From the IMG/VR virus record IMGVR_UViG_3300031867_000045, positions 1 to 64,000 of that record: 64,000 bases of DNA, one strand, 5' to 3'. This document shows, in pieces, positions 27,593-37,640 of this stretch. Each line of letters starts with the position of its first letter. Positions within the stretch are counted from its first letter, which is position 1. A program made the position numbers and the translations under genes. The notes below the pieces were generated by a model. That model did not search any database. It was not told where the DNA came from and was given only the letters and a program-made list of their open reading frames with translations. Source of the stretch: a virus.

Positions 27593-27699
27593 CTTTTCGA
27601 GTAATTTCTTGTAATGGATTTAACTTTAGGCGGATCGCCCGCCTTTCGATTACATATAGATTATAGCATATCATTTTAGTAATGTCAATACTTTTTTAA

Positions 27700-27896
27700 A
27701 AAAAGTTTTAAAAAGTAAAAATGTGCGCCTTTTGTGTCCGACTGGATATAAAAGCGCACCACATTACTATATATATAAATATATTATATACTATACATAA
27801 CTTATTATTACCGTATATATAGTAATGTGATTATATATTAATTACTATACATTACTTATAGTAATTATATATTATATACTTATATATGCGATTTTT
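27700..27896. repeat. AT-rich array of 29-bp palindromes (TAATTACTATA-N7-TATAGTAATTA and variants), copy A
   Basis: ttactatacattacttatagtaa and related palindromes; the array ends tatatgcgattttttt; a near-copy lies at 38760-38960 in the same orientation. Confidence 0.6.
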
Positions 27897-28238
27897 TTAA
27901 TTGTGTGAAATGAAGAAGTGAAACATATCGCGGAACACTTGCGCAAAATTCCGACCGGCTGCCTTTTGATCGTCCAGGTACTCAATAATTTTTCGATCTT
28001 CTTCGCTGTTTTGCCGTAGATTTAAAGTGTATGTTTTATAGTTTTGTTTATTCCATTCTGATGTATGTTTTGTGTGCTGCTTTTTGCGCTGCTCGATAGT
28101 TTCCTGACTTGTTTCTAATTCGTAACAGTCACGATGAAAATAACGATTTCTGTACGGTGTTACATAGTCCTCTTTATCAATGTTGATCTTGCCGCCGTGT
28201 AGACAATTTTTACATCTACATACCTTGATATTATCCAT
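27897..28238 (-). CDS. zinc-finger protein (possible DNA-binding regulator)
   Basis: 113 aa with CRCKNCLHGG...YFHRDCY zinc-ribbon and a basic region; adjacent to palindrome array A. Confidence 0.4.
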   Translation of the reverse strand: MDNIKVCRCKNCLHGGKINIDKEDYVTPYRNRYFHRDCYELETSQETIEQRKKQHTKHTSEWNKQNYKTYTLNLRQNSEEDRKIIEYLDDQKAAGRNFAQVFRDMFHFFISHN

Positions 28239-28264
28239 TTTATCCGCTCCTTTACCTCAGTATA

Positions 28265-28771
28265 TCATAACTCACTGGAATAATCAACCTTAGCGCCGTC
28301 AAATCCGCCGTATGTACCCGTGATTTCAAGGCTGCCGACAAGCTCTGAATTGATCCTATTGAGCGGAATAAAATCTAATTTGCCGGTATTGACGGGCTTG
28401 CCGATCTTGCTAACAGAAATTGTGATATGAGGATTTGAAATAGTAAAAAATTCTTTTGCTAAATCGTTGGATTCTGTAGTGTGTAAACAAACCGATACGC
28501 CCTGATTGTTTTCGTCGCAAGCATATCCAATGATATTGAATGTTGCTTTTTTGCCGAAAAGCGCGGGATCGATCTTGCTCGGTCTGAACGCAAAGGTGAT
28601 ATGCGGATTATCAATCACGCGGTAAAGCCTTGTTTTTGTGATCTTATCAATAATGTTTTGTAATTCTTCTTGATCGAAAAATACACCTGTATAAATATAT
28701 GCCATGTTATATCTCCTATCTGATAATATAGCAATTACGTCTTGCATTATATTGCAAAACAACTTGCCCAT
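28265..28771 (-). CDS. 2H phosphoesterase family protein (LigT/CPDase/Acb1-like)
   Basis: 168 aa with two H-x-T-x motifs at the expected spacing: NPHITFAF and NPHITISV. Confidence 0.55.
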   Translation of the reverse strand: MGKLFCNIMQDVIAILSDRRYNMAYIYTGVFFDQEELQNIIDKITKTRLYRVIDNPHITFAFRPSKIDPALFGKKATFNIIGYACDENNQGVSVCLHTTESNDLAKEFFTISNPHITISVSKIGKPVNTGKLDFIPLNRINSELVGSLEITGTYGGFDGAKVDYSSEL

Positions 28772-29492
28772 CTTTGATTTCGCATTCTGTTATAATTAAA
28801 TCTGAATGCCTTGCTTCCGAAGAAAAATAATTAACTTTTTTGATTGTTTTATCTGGAAATTTCCGCCTTACTGCGTTAATAGGGGAATTACCGTATATAA
28901 CCTCGCTTTTTGCTAAAACTACATCACTTTTAACATGAAAACGATTAAACCCAATAAGATAACATTTCATCATAATTCCCTCTCAATAATGTTATTTTAT
29001 ACCTCAGCTAAATAGCCTAAATGGTACTCCCTGACGCTGATCCCGCATTGTTTTAATGTAGGGATAACCATATCTGTGTAAAAGCAGAAATAGCATTTCT
29101 TATTCGTTGATAATTCATCATAGATGTGTTCTAATTGACGAAAACCATCTAATGAATATCTTTTACTCGGCATTTTACCGGTATCATACACTCTCTCGAT
29201 GATCTCTTTTAACTTCTTCATTGTTTACCTCCCGATAGATTTTACCGTCTGAAAATGTCAAGCCGTCACGCTCGATGATGTACATATAAGAAATAATGTT
29301 ATTGATAGTTTTGATACGTTCCTGCGCTGCTGCCCTAATCACCTTATTCTTTCCATATAAAGGGTTTAATGGCATTAACTGTGATTCCGCTATGCTTTTA
29401 TCTCTCCAAAGATAATTATAAAGTATATTAAAATCATTACGTTCAAATTTCTTTTCTGCGTTATTATTAATCAATTCCATTGTTGGATTCTC

Positions 29493-30080
29493 CTATCTTT
29501 TACTGATGAAATACTCAACCGGCGCGGATTTCTCGATCAACGGTATAACCTCCGACAAGTCGTAATGATATTTCAAATTTCTGCGATATTTAATTCCGCC
29601 GCCCGGAATGCCTGCAAATTCTCCTGTACGATAAAGAATATCATAGAATACACGACTAAATTCTTTCGGCGAAAAAACCATTGTGATCGGCTCTGTGACT
29701 TCTATGTTGACAAGCTCCGCCGCATGAAAATGATTATTGTTTTTAAACTGTTCGATATTTTCCGCACGTTTTAACATTCTCAACAAGTGCATACCGTAGT
29801 CATAGCAACTCGCATATCTGCTGCCGATTTTTAACTCAAAATCTCCGCCGTCCTTATAAGGCTTTGATCCTTCCATATATTTTTTAGCGTTATCAATAAA
29901 CTGATCTTTGCTATAAACCAAGGCATGAAATACGTTCTTTTCTCTGCCCTCGTTATCGTTATTGCAACCGCTCCGGTTGAAATGAATGATCCTGCCATCG
30001 CCCAGGTCTACGATCTTTGTCTGAAAAATAATGCTATAACTCATGCTATTTACTCCTTTATAAATTCTTATTAAAACCAT
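29493..30080 (-). CDS. hypothetical protein
   Basis: 195-aa ORF. Confidence 0.4.
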   Translation of the reverse strand: MVLIRIYKGVNSMSYSIIFQTKIVDLGDGRIIHFNRSGCNNDNEGREKNVFHALVYSKDQFIDNAKKYMEGSKPYKDGGDFELKIGSRYASCYDYGMHLLRMLKRAENIEQFKNNNHFHAAELVNIEVTEPITMVFSPKEFSRVFYDILYRTGEFAGIPGGGIKYRRNLKYHYDLSEVIPLIEKSAPVEYFISKR

Positions 30081-30163
30081 CGACTGATAACTTTAATAAA
30101 AATTTATATGCCCGTATAGCCGATAGCTCAGCTTTATGTAATTACTTAAACATATAATCCTCC

Positions 30164-30427
30164 TTATACCTGCGCCGTGATTTTTCCGACCTTGCCGCTC
30201 ATGGTCTTATGTACTGCGACAAAGTACAAAATGATAAATTTAACGCCCTTGATAGCCCATGCGGGCGCGTAGAAGATAGCCGCCGCGATCCTGCCGACAA
30301 TGCAATTACCATCGACAAAACGCTCCTTCATTTCATGCGCCGAAAACTTCAAGGCGGTAAATACGTTAATTGCGATATACGCAACTCCGATTGCTGCTAA
30401 AACGATAGTGATAATGAGATTTGACAT
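30164..30427 (-). CDS. small membrane protein
   Basis: 87 aa with two hydrophobic helices. Confidence 0.4.
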   Translation of the reverse strand: MSNLIITIVLAAIGVAYIAINVFTALKFSAHEMKERFVDGNCIVGRIAAAIFYAPAWAIKGVKFIILYFVAVHKTMSGKVGKITAQV

Positions 30428-30472
30428 GATGATTTTCCTTTCTGTTTCTGTTTTTTGTTTTATCTAACCGCT

Positions 30473-30955
30473 TCACGCGGATTTCTGACATATTTGGTAT
30501 TCTGCCGGAATGCTGCTCTCGTTACAGATATACGGGAGAATGTTAATAAGCGCGTCATATCGTTTCCAATAATTCGCTCCGTATTCGACACAAAGACAAT
30601 GCCGGATATAATTGTGGTTGTCATCTGTAATCACATACGCGAATATATCTTCGTAACTTCCGCGCCATACTCTGAACTTATAGAGAATCACGCTGCGCTC
30701 TCTCGCCTTGTCATAGATGATCTCACGGATCGGCTCCGGAATACTGCGGAATGTCTGCAAATCAAAATTCATCAAATGCCCTTTCGGATTCTCCCTGCCA
30801 TTGCATTCTGTTTCGTTGTACGGTCTGATGAATAAACTTGTCTGAGTGTTAGCAAACACATTTCCGGTGCTGATGACGTTCGTTTGCTTATTGAATGTCT
30901 TGAACTCACTATCAAAGTGCATTTTGTTCGGATTATCCCATGTGATCTTTTTCAT
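30473..30955 (-). CDS. hypothetical protein
   Basis: 160-aa ORF with a UTR-type motif and RBS upstream. Confidence 0.4.
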   Translation of the reverse strand: MKKITWDNPNKMHFDSEFKTFNKQTNVISTGNVFANTQTSLFIRPYNETECNGRENPKGHLMNFDLQTFRSIPEPIREIIYDKARERSVILYKFRVWRGSYEDIFAYVITDDNHNYIRHCLCVEYGANYWKRYDALINILPYICNESSIPAEYQICQKSA

Positions 30956-30994
30956 CTTTGTTTCCTCCTTTGACCTGTTCGAGATATTTCTTGA

Positions 30995-31513
30995 TTAGAA
31001 TATTTGTGCAAACTTGCCGCCACAAATAGCGCATTTGTAATTGCCGGGATTCTTCGTGAATTTGCTTGCGCGTTCACGTGTGATCGTCTGCCCGCAACAA
31101 GTACATTCAAACATATACTTGATACTGTGATCTATTCGGCGCGGCTTATAAGGGATTCTCGTTTCCTCTGCTACTCCCTTTTCTTCTGCCGATGAAGTTC
31201 TCTTGATCTCGATTCCGTAGGCTCTGTATACCTTATCAGCTTGACGCTTCCAGTTTTCGCCGTGATTCATACAGCCTTTGACGGAATGCAACAACTCATG
31301 CAAGATCGTATTTATCAAGCCTTTATCGTCGTTTCTCTCGTCCAGTAAAGCGGAATTGATATTGATTGAATAGCCGCCCGGAATTGCCTTGATCTGACCC
31401 CATCTTTTTCTTGCCCTGGTGTTCGGCACCATTTCAATGATATTGCCATACTCAATGCCGATCTCGTCCAGCATTTCCATGCACTTGACGCCGTATGCGA
31501 TTAAATCTCTCAT
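30995..31513 (-). CDS. SprT-like zinc metalloprotease with C-terminal zinc ribbon
   Basis: HELLH zinc-binding motif plus CTCCGQ...CAICGG ribbon. The start was placed at the MRDLIAYG Met because a full promoter cassette and RBS lie immediately upstream (31525-31620). Confidence 0.55.
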   Translation of the reverse strand: MRDLIAYGVKCMEMLDEIGIEYGNIIEMVPNTRARKRWGQIKAIPGGYSININSALLDERNDDKGLINTILHELLHSVKGCMNHGENWKRQADKVYRAYGIEIKRTSSAEEKGVAEETRIPYKPRRIDHSIKYMFECTCCGQTITRERASKFTKNPGNYKCAICGGKFAQIF

Positions 31514-33997
31514 GGTATACTCTCCTTTGTTTTTCGAGATATTTCTTGTAATCCGCGCTGTTTTGTGGATCGCTCTCTTGATTACATATAAAGTATACCA
31601 TATCATTTTAGTAATGTCAATACATTTTTAAAAAATATTTATTACATGTTTGTAATTATTTCTTCCATTCATCACACCAATTATAAATCGTATTGTTGTT
31701 TGTTCCGTGTTCACAACAATGATTATATAACTGTGTGATAAAATCTCTTTCGATATCTGCACCGGTTATGTTCATATAATCTAACATACCCATTAGATAT
31801 ACAAGTCTATATCCTTCTGTAATGTTTAATAACTTTCCTATGATCCTGCGCTGCCTATCGTTCATTGTAAACCTCCGAAAAGTAAATCAAATTAGTTTTT
31901 TATCGTCATTAACTATCCCAATTATGAATATATTTCTCTTTATAGAATCCGGCGTGATATGCCGATAATTTACCGATATATGCGTCAAGCTCATGCTCTC
32001 CGCCGCTGCCATGATAAAATCCGATCACACTTGTTTCTAAATCTTCGCCCGTTCTCCGATCCAACATGATGAAAGTCAAATCCGTGTCCGGTGCATACGT
32101 TGTATATACTTTGTATTCTCTGATGATCTTCTCTCCGGCAATCATTCCGCCGTGTGTTTCAACCTCGGTAATAATACCATATTGTACTTTTTCCAGTAAA
32201 CCGTTATTTGCTTCGGCTCCGTCACGCACCATATCCAGTAAATCATTGACCGCCTCAAAATCATCGGAATATGTGTCGCTGATTGAATTTCCAAATACTG
32301 TTTCCACTTCAAGATTATAGTGCTTCATGCTGATTCCTCCTATTCTATAACCATGAATCCAGTGTAAAGGCTTCTGTTGATCTTGACCGGATAATCCTCG
32401 ATAAAGTGATGACTTGCGCCTGATTTTCCGTAAAAGCCCTTGATATGCTCGATATTCTTCTCATTTATCGTGTCCGGCGTCGCTTTGCCGATTAAACCAA
32501 CAACAACCGGATTTGCGCCGATCTCTGATACTCTTTGAAAACGTCCTGCAATATTCATGTTATTTCCTCCTTAACTGAAAACGATATATTCTCCGCCGAT
32601 TCTGCCGATCAAATCCAAAATGCGGATAACGTCTTGACCGGATTCAATCGCGTTATTGACCTTCTTCAAATTTTCCTCTGTGCCATTAAATACCATATCA
32701 CAATGGAAATTATATATCTTGTCCGTGATCTCGACTATGCCCTCATGTGCTTTATATCCGACCGCTGCGGGATAGAACATCTTATAGGTTTTAATAAGCT
32801 CGATTGCCGTGCAATTCAAAAGATTGTTTGCTTCCGGCATTCCGTTATATTCCCATATTGAAAATGCCTGATTATAGTCTGCTTTCGCTCTCTCTAATCT
32901 CTTTTCTATTGTCATTGTTATTCTCCCTTTTATGCAATTCTACGGCTGCCAGGTCTGTACTTGTATAGGGTCTTTTCTGCTTCTTCAAATGTGTTAAACC
33001 GCTGCGCTGTTGCTACTCCGTCCGGATTATCCGCCGTGACCTGCTTTTTGATCTGAAATTTATGATTCGGCAATTCAACGATCTTTGCATAGATTGTATG
33101 ACCTTTTTTATATGTTTTATATACTGCTGATATTGTGATCCTCCTTAGATGAATAAATGTCTAAAATAGGGCTTTGCTTCGGTAAATGTGATATATCTGT
33201 TGTGAATTTCCGCCGTTTCCTTTGCCATGCTCATATCGGCGCATACCGTGTAGATGTTGACCGTTCCGACCGCTGCCGATTCAGTTTTGTATACTGCCGG
33301 AATTTCGCTTGTCCTGCTGCTCTTGAATGTTCCGGCTGTATAGATGTTTACCCTCTTGATCCGCGGGCGACTTTTCAATAATACGGCTTCCGCCGCTTCG
33401 TATGTGTTAAACTCTCCGCTGGTTGTTACGCCGTATGGATTCCGCTTGTCGATCCCGTATGTGATACAAAATCCGCGATTCTCGATATACTTGATCTCGT
33501 ATAACTCCGCCGTGTTATCGTGTTTATAGATTGCCATGATTATACCCTCGCTTCATAACTTCTAAATGGATCGGTAAAAGAATTAACATAATGATAGCAA
33601 TAAACCATATGATTTAATACTCCGTAAATTCCGCCCTTGATAGCTTCCTTTACTTTCCGCGCGGCTTCCGTCCTGCTGATTCCGTCATGCCACATGACCG
33701 TCTTGATATATTCCGATTTAGTATAAAACAGTTTATTGCTTTTCATGCCGTGACCCTCCTTGTTTCCTTTGCTTTACGCCATGCGGCTCTGATTTCCGCC
33801 CGCGCTTCTTCGCTCATTTCATATAAATGTGTTCGGCTTCCCATGCCCCATATCTGCATTTTATAGCCTTTATCGCGGGCAACCTGTCGCGCTGCCGTGC
33901 CGCCGTCAATCTGTATTCCTTGATACATGATCCCGCCCTGCTTGTCCGTCAAGATGACGAATACATTATTATTATTTTTCATCGTTTCCGCCCTCTC

Positions 33998-34444
33998 TTA
34001 AAACAAAATAGAATATTTAGGGATATCGTCCACGGTTTCCAGATTTGCCGCCGCCCATTCCTGCGCGAATTTCTCCGCGTCATATTCGCCGCTGATTCTG
34101 CAAAGTGTAGAATACTTTTTTGTCTTTTCCGGCTCTCCCATCGGGATTCCGCGGCTGATTGGTACGCTGTTATACATATCACCTGTTCCGGTATGCCTTA
34201 AAAGATCGATCCTAAGTTCCGGAATTTGCCGACCTGTTTGTGCGTTCCAACTGCAATATTCATTCGATCTTCTTTCGTATTCCGGCATAAACCAGATTCT
34301 AAACTCGATCACAACATCGTCATTCAGCTTGACATACTTGACAAGTGTTTTCTCACCGTGCGTCAAATAATAATTGACATCAAACCTAAATCCGCCCTGC
34401 GCCTGTTTATTCCACTTGATCGCCTGTTCTCTTGTAATTTTCAT
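33998..34444 (-). CDS. hypothetical protein
   Basis: 148 aa; shares its leader with 24634-25404. Confidence 0.4.
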   Translation of the reverse strand: MKITREQAIKWNKQAQGGFRFDVNYYLTHGEKTLVKYVKLNDDVVIEFRIWFMPEYERRSNEYCSWNAQTGRQIPELRIDLLRHTGTGDMYNSVPISRGIPMGEPEKTKKYSTLCRISGEYDAEKFAQEWAAANLETVDDIPKYSILF

Positions 34445-34595
34445 TTCGTTTCCCTCGCTTTTCGAGTAATTTACTGATTAATATTGATTTGTTGGCGGGA
34501 TTTCCGGCTCCCGCCCTGCCTGATCTGTTGTATATATCTTATCACATATATTTAGTAATGTCAATAGCTTTTCGAGATATTTCTTGAATTTTTTT
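34445..34595 (-). promoter_or_regulatory. full promoter cassette (motif, TTGACA-17 bp-TAAGAT, gggcgggagccggaaatcccgcc hairpin, motif, RBS)
   Basis: On the minus strand: TTCAAGAAATATCTCGAAAAGCTA-TTGACA-ttactaaatatatgtga-TAAGAT, hairpin, AAATTACTCGAAAAGCG-AGGGAAACGAA-ATG. Confidence 0.65.
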
Positions 34596-34850
34596 AAATC
34601 CTTATGTTCTGATCTTCCGCCGACGTCCTCAGCCTAAATTTAAAGTAATATCCCGCCGCGTCCGCGTGATCGAATACAATGTTATAGTATAGCCCAGGAT
34701 ATAGCCGATCCAGTTCTCTATATAACTCTGTGATGATTCCGCGCGGTATGCTCTCTTTTGCTTCCTCGCGCTCTCTGTTGCATTTATCCAGTTTATCCAT
34801 ATAGGTTTATACCTCCGTTATATCGTCCGATTTAGGCTATTTTAGGGCAT

Positions 34851-35465
34851 TTATTCCGCGTATAGCTTTTTAAATCTCAGCCAATAGCTTTTATCAAAAT
34901 CCATTAAAGTATATCCGCCGATCTGCGTATCTTCTCCAAATTCGCCGTGATTTCCTTTTGCCGCGATATTTTCCAAAAAGCGATAAAGTCCTTTGGCTCC
35001 GCCCTGAGCGCGGATTCTCGTCTTTAATAGTTTGAATACATAACCATAATCGGGGATAACTTCAAGTGATTTTCCGTTGATTTTGATTTTGTTTTCTGAT
35101 TCATATTCTACCGTCATACCGTCATATTCGCACTTCATGCCGATCTCGATTTGATTTTCCTGCAAGCTCCTAATCTCGATCTTTTCCGGCGTTCTCTGAT
35201 CCAGTTCATAGACGTGCATATCGTCCGGCGTAAATGCAAAGATAGAATAATTCTGCGACGGCTGCCATGATATAGCAATTTCAAAACACTTGACGATCTC
35301 GCCGTTCTGCATTTTGTGGTAATAATATTTTCCGCTTTTCGGATCGTGCAAAATTCGGATTCTAATATTATCCGTTTCATTGGTACGATCCGCGATAATA
35401 TCGCAGTATTGAATTTTTACATTCGATTCTTTTTCGAGCGTCAAAAGTTCCGATATGCGTTTCAT
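34851..35465 (-). CDS. hypothetical protein
   Basis: 204-aa ORF. Confidence 0.4.
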   Translation of the reverse strand: MKRISELLTLEKESNVKIQYCDIIADRTNETDNIRIRILHDPKSGKYYYHKMQNGEIVKCFEIAISWQPSQNYSIFAFTPDDMHVYELDQRTPEKIEIRSLQENQIEIGMKCEYDGMTVEYESENKIKINGKSLEVIPDYGYVFKLLKTRIRAQGGAKGLYRFLENIAAKGNHGEFGEDTQIGGYTLMDFDKSYWLRFKKLYAE

Positions 35466-35681
35466 GCTGATTTCCTCCGATCAAAACATATATCCCATAT
35501 ATTCCATATCTTCAAGAACGGATATTAAACCGTCAAAATCCTCTGATTCGCCCAGAATATCCGCTAAACATTCGACGGTATAATAATCAACGCCATAATC
35601 CGCCGCGACTGATTCCAAATATTCCACCCTGTTTTTATATCCGTTTTTCTCGTAAATGTTCGGCATTATAATTCCCTCCTC

Positions 35682-36203
35682 TTAATATTCCATTATTTCT
35701 TGATTTTCCAGTATCAAGGATTCATAATCAGTTTCAGCATAATGATTATTAAACCATCCGATATTAGCGACCGGCTCCCACGGGATCAGCTTTTCGATCA
35801 CAATATCATCAATTTTTCCGCCGTCGTTTCCGTCGATCATCATATGAATATTGCTATATGTTACTTGATTTATTCGGCTATATTCGGATAAACCATTCAT
35901 GAGAATTTCCGTTTTGTTAAATTCAAATGATATTGAATTACTCGCCGCGCTACCGTGCCTCCGATATTTCCGCCATAAGTCAATACATTGCTTCATGATT
36001 TCCGCGCTCGATTTAGTTAATAATGATATATTCCAATCAGTGGGAGCCGCCGCTGTAATCGCGTTAATCATTCCGATCCTATTCATTATTGATTCCTCCG
36101 TTTCAGTTATACGCCGGGCATAACGATCTTGCCGCCGCTTCTTTTGCTTTTCTTCTATCCGATTCGACTTTACAAGCCGCCATATATCCGTAATGAAAAG
36201 CAT
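35682..36203 (-). CDS. hypothetical protein
   Basis: 173-aa ORF. Confidence 0.4.
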   Translation of the reverse strand: MLFITDIWRLVKSNRIEEKQKKRRQDRYARRITETEESIMNRIGMINAITAAAPTDWNISLLTKSSAEIMKQCIDLWRKYRRHGSAASNSISFEFNKTEILMNGLSEYSRINQVTYSNIHMMIDGNDGGKIDDIVIEKLIPWEPVANIGWFNNHYAETDYESLILENQEIMEY

Positions 36204-36491
36204 TTACAAGTGCAAATAATACTTCCCTTTTTACGTTCATTTCTTTTGCCGTTCCCGCCATAAATGAATCATTATTTAAAAAGAATGTTACATATACATC
36301 TTCGCCATCTTCCTCATATTTCATGCTGATTTTGAAATTGTCACGGTATAAACCATCATTTAAAGAGTAGACAAGATTCTGTAAATCTTTGATTATTTTA
36401 GCGTTTTGATTTGTCATTGTGATTTCCTCCTATCGCGCCGGGCGTCGATCCGTTTCCGGCGCTATCCATTTATTTTTACGTTTCAATAGGT

Positions 36492-37001
36492 TTATGCAAT
36501 TTGCGGGATGGATTCCGTTGCTATCGTTTCCGATCCCCATTTTTCTTTTAATTCATCCAGGTTTTTATGTTTAGGATAACGGCTATAGTGTACATAATAT
36601 TCCGGGTGCCAATACCATGCCTTCTTTTTACTCCCCCATTTAAAGCCTAAATCCTTTAATACATCTTTGTATGGATATGTATTTCCTGTGATCCAGATAA
36701 AGATTCCTACAAGTTCAATAGTGATATTAGGAATGTGAATTAAACCGTTAATGACTTTTTTAAATTCGGCGGGGATTTCAGTTTTTGCCGATTCGGTTTT
36801 ATTTTCGTATGTTTTACCGTCTACCGATCTATGAATATTTTTATACTTTTCAAATGCTATTTCATATTCGGCATTGATTTCCTTCATGATTTTATTGGAT
36901 TCTGCGGAATTGTTATTCCTATCGGGATGATACTTGAATATCAATTTGTGATATCTGCTTTTTACATCTTCAATACATTTACACTCTGTAAACCATTTCA
37001 T
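36492..37001 (-). CDS. J-domain (DnaJ-like) protein
   Basis: 169 aa; YHKLIFKYHPDRN contains the HPD tripeptide in J-domain helix II-III context. Confidence 0.55.
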   Translation of the reverse strand: MKWFTECKCIEDVKSRYHKLIFKYHPDRNNNSAESNKIMKEINAEYEIAFEKYKNIHRSVDGKTYENKTESAKTEIPAEFKKVINGLIHIPNITIELVGIFIWITGNTYPYKDVLKDLGFKWGSKKKAWYWHPEYYVHYSRYPKHKNLDELKEKWGSETIATESIPQIA

Positions 37002-37226
37002 TACATTTACCTCCGATCATGCTATTACTAACAATCCGTAATTGTCTGTTAAATCCGATAACATTTCATTATGTGATTCGTAGCTATCGGGATCGACGAT
37101 CAAATTGTCTATGTATTCGGTATAATTCCCGTCATTGGATTCTGCGTTATAGCCGTATCTATCTATCAATCTACCATTAAGGATATTAGCAAGGATTCTT
37201 GACAATTTCATTTCGTATACCTCCTA

Positions 37227-37622
37227 TTAGATGAATTGAATATCTGATTCGGTAATTTCTACCATAACAGATTCTTGATTCAATTCGGTTTTAATATCAC
37301 TAACCATATCATGCAAGGATTCGATCATGCTATCGCTTGCAATTTCAACGCGGATTGACGGCTCATTAACAATGTTACCGGTAGATTGCATTTTGTAATA
37401 GCCGTTACATTCGATCATCGTAAAAGCGAAAATATCATAGACATTTAATAAGATATTAGCTATAATATTTTTTGCGGATTCAGTGCCGATCTTTTGTGAT
37501 TCAGTGTCCTTATCGAATAAACCGATTGTTAATACTGTTTTTGTCATTGTAATTACCTCCTGATTTGATTGCTTTTTGATTTCGAGTATTTTCTTGATTG
37601 CAAGGCTATTATATAATATCAT
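37227..37622 (-). CDS. hypothetical protein, first gene of the leftward block
   Basis: 131 aa; preceded by TTGACA-17 bp-TATAAT, the motif and an AGGAGG RBS (37575-37640). Confidence 0.45.
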   Translation of the reverse strand: MILYNSLAIKKILEIKKQSNQEVITMTKTVLTIGLFDKDTESQKIGTESAKNIIANILLNVYDIFAFTMIECNGYYKMQSTGNIVNEPSIRVEIASDSMIESLHDMVSDIKTELNQESVMVEITESDIQFI

Positions 37623-37640
37623 TTTAGTATTGTCAATAGA

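Noticed and set aside
27700-27896. AT-rich palindrome arrays as rho-independent terminators
   Set aside because: They contain multiple long perfect inverted repeats with 7-bp centres and lack a GC stem followed by a T-run on either strand, except for the terminal GCGATTTTTT. Operator or iteron function seems more likely.
30995-31606. Long form (203 aa) of the SprT-like protein starting at 31606
   Set aside because: A complete promoter cassette and RBS occupy 31525-31620 and point at the internal Met (MRDLIAYG, 31513). The N-terminal extension would have to be translated through its own promoter.
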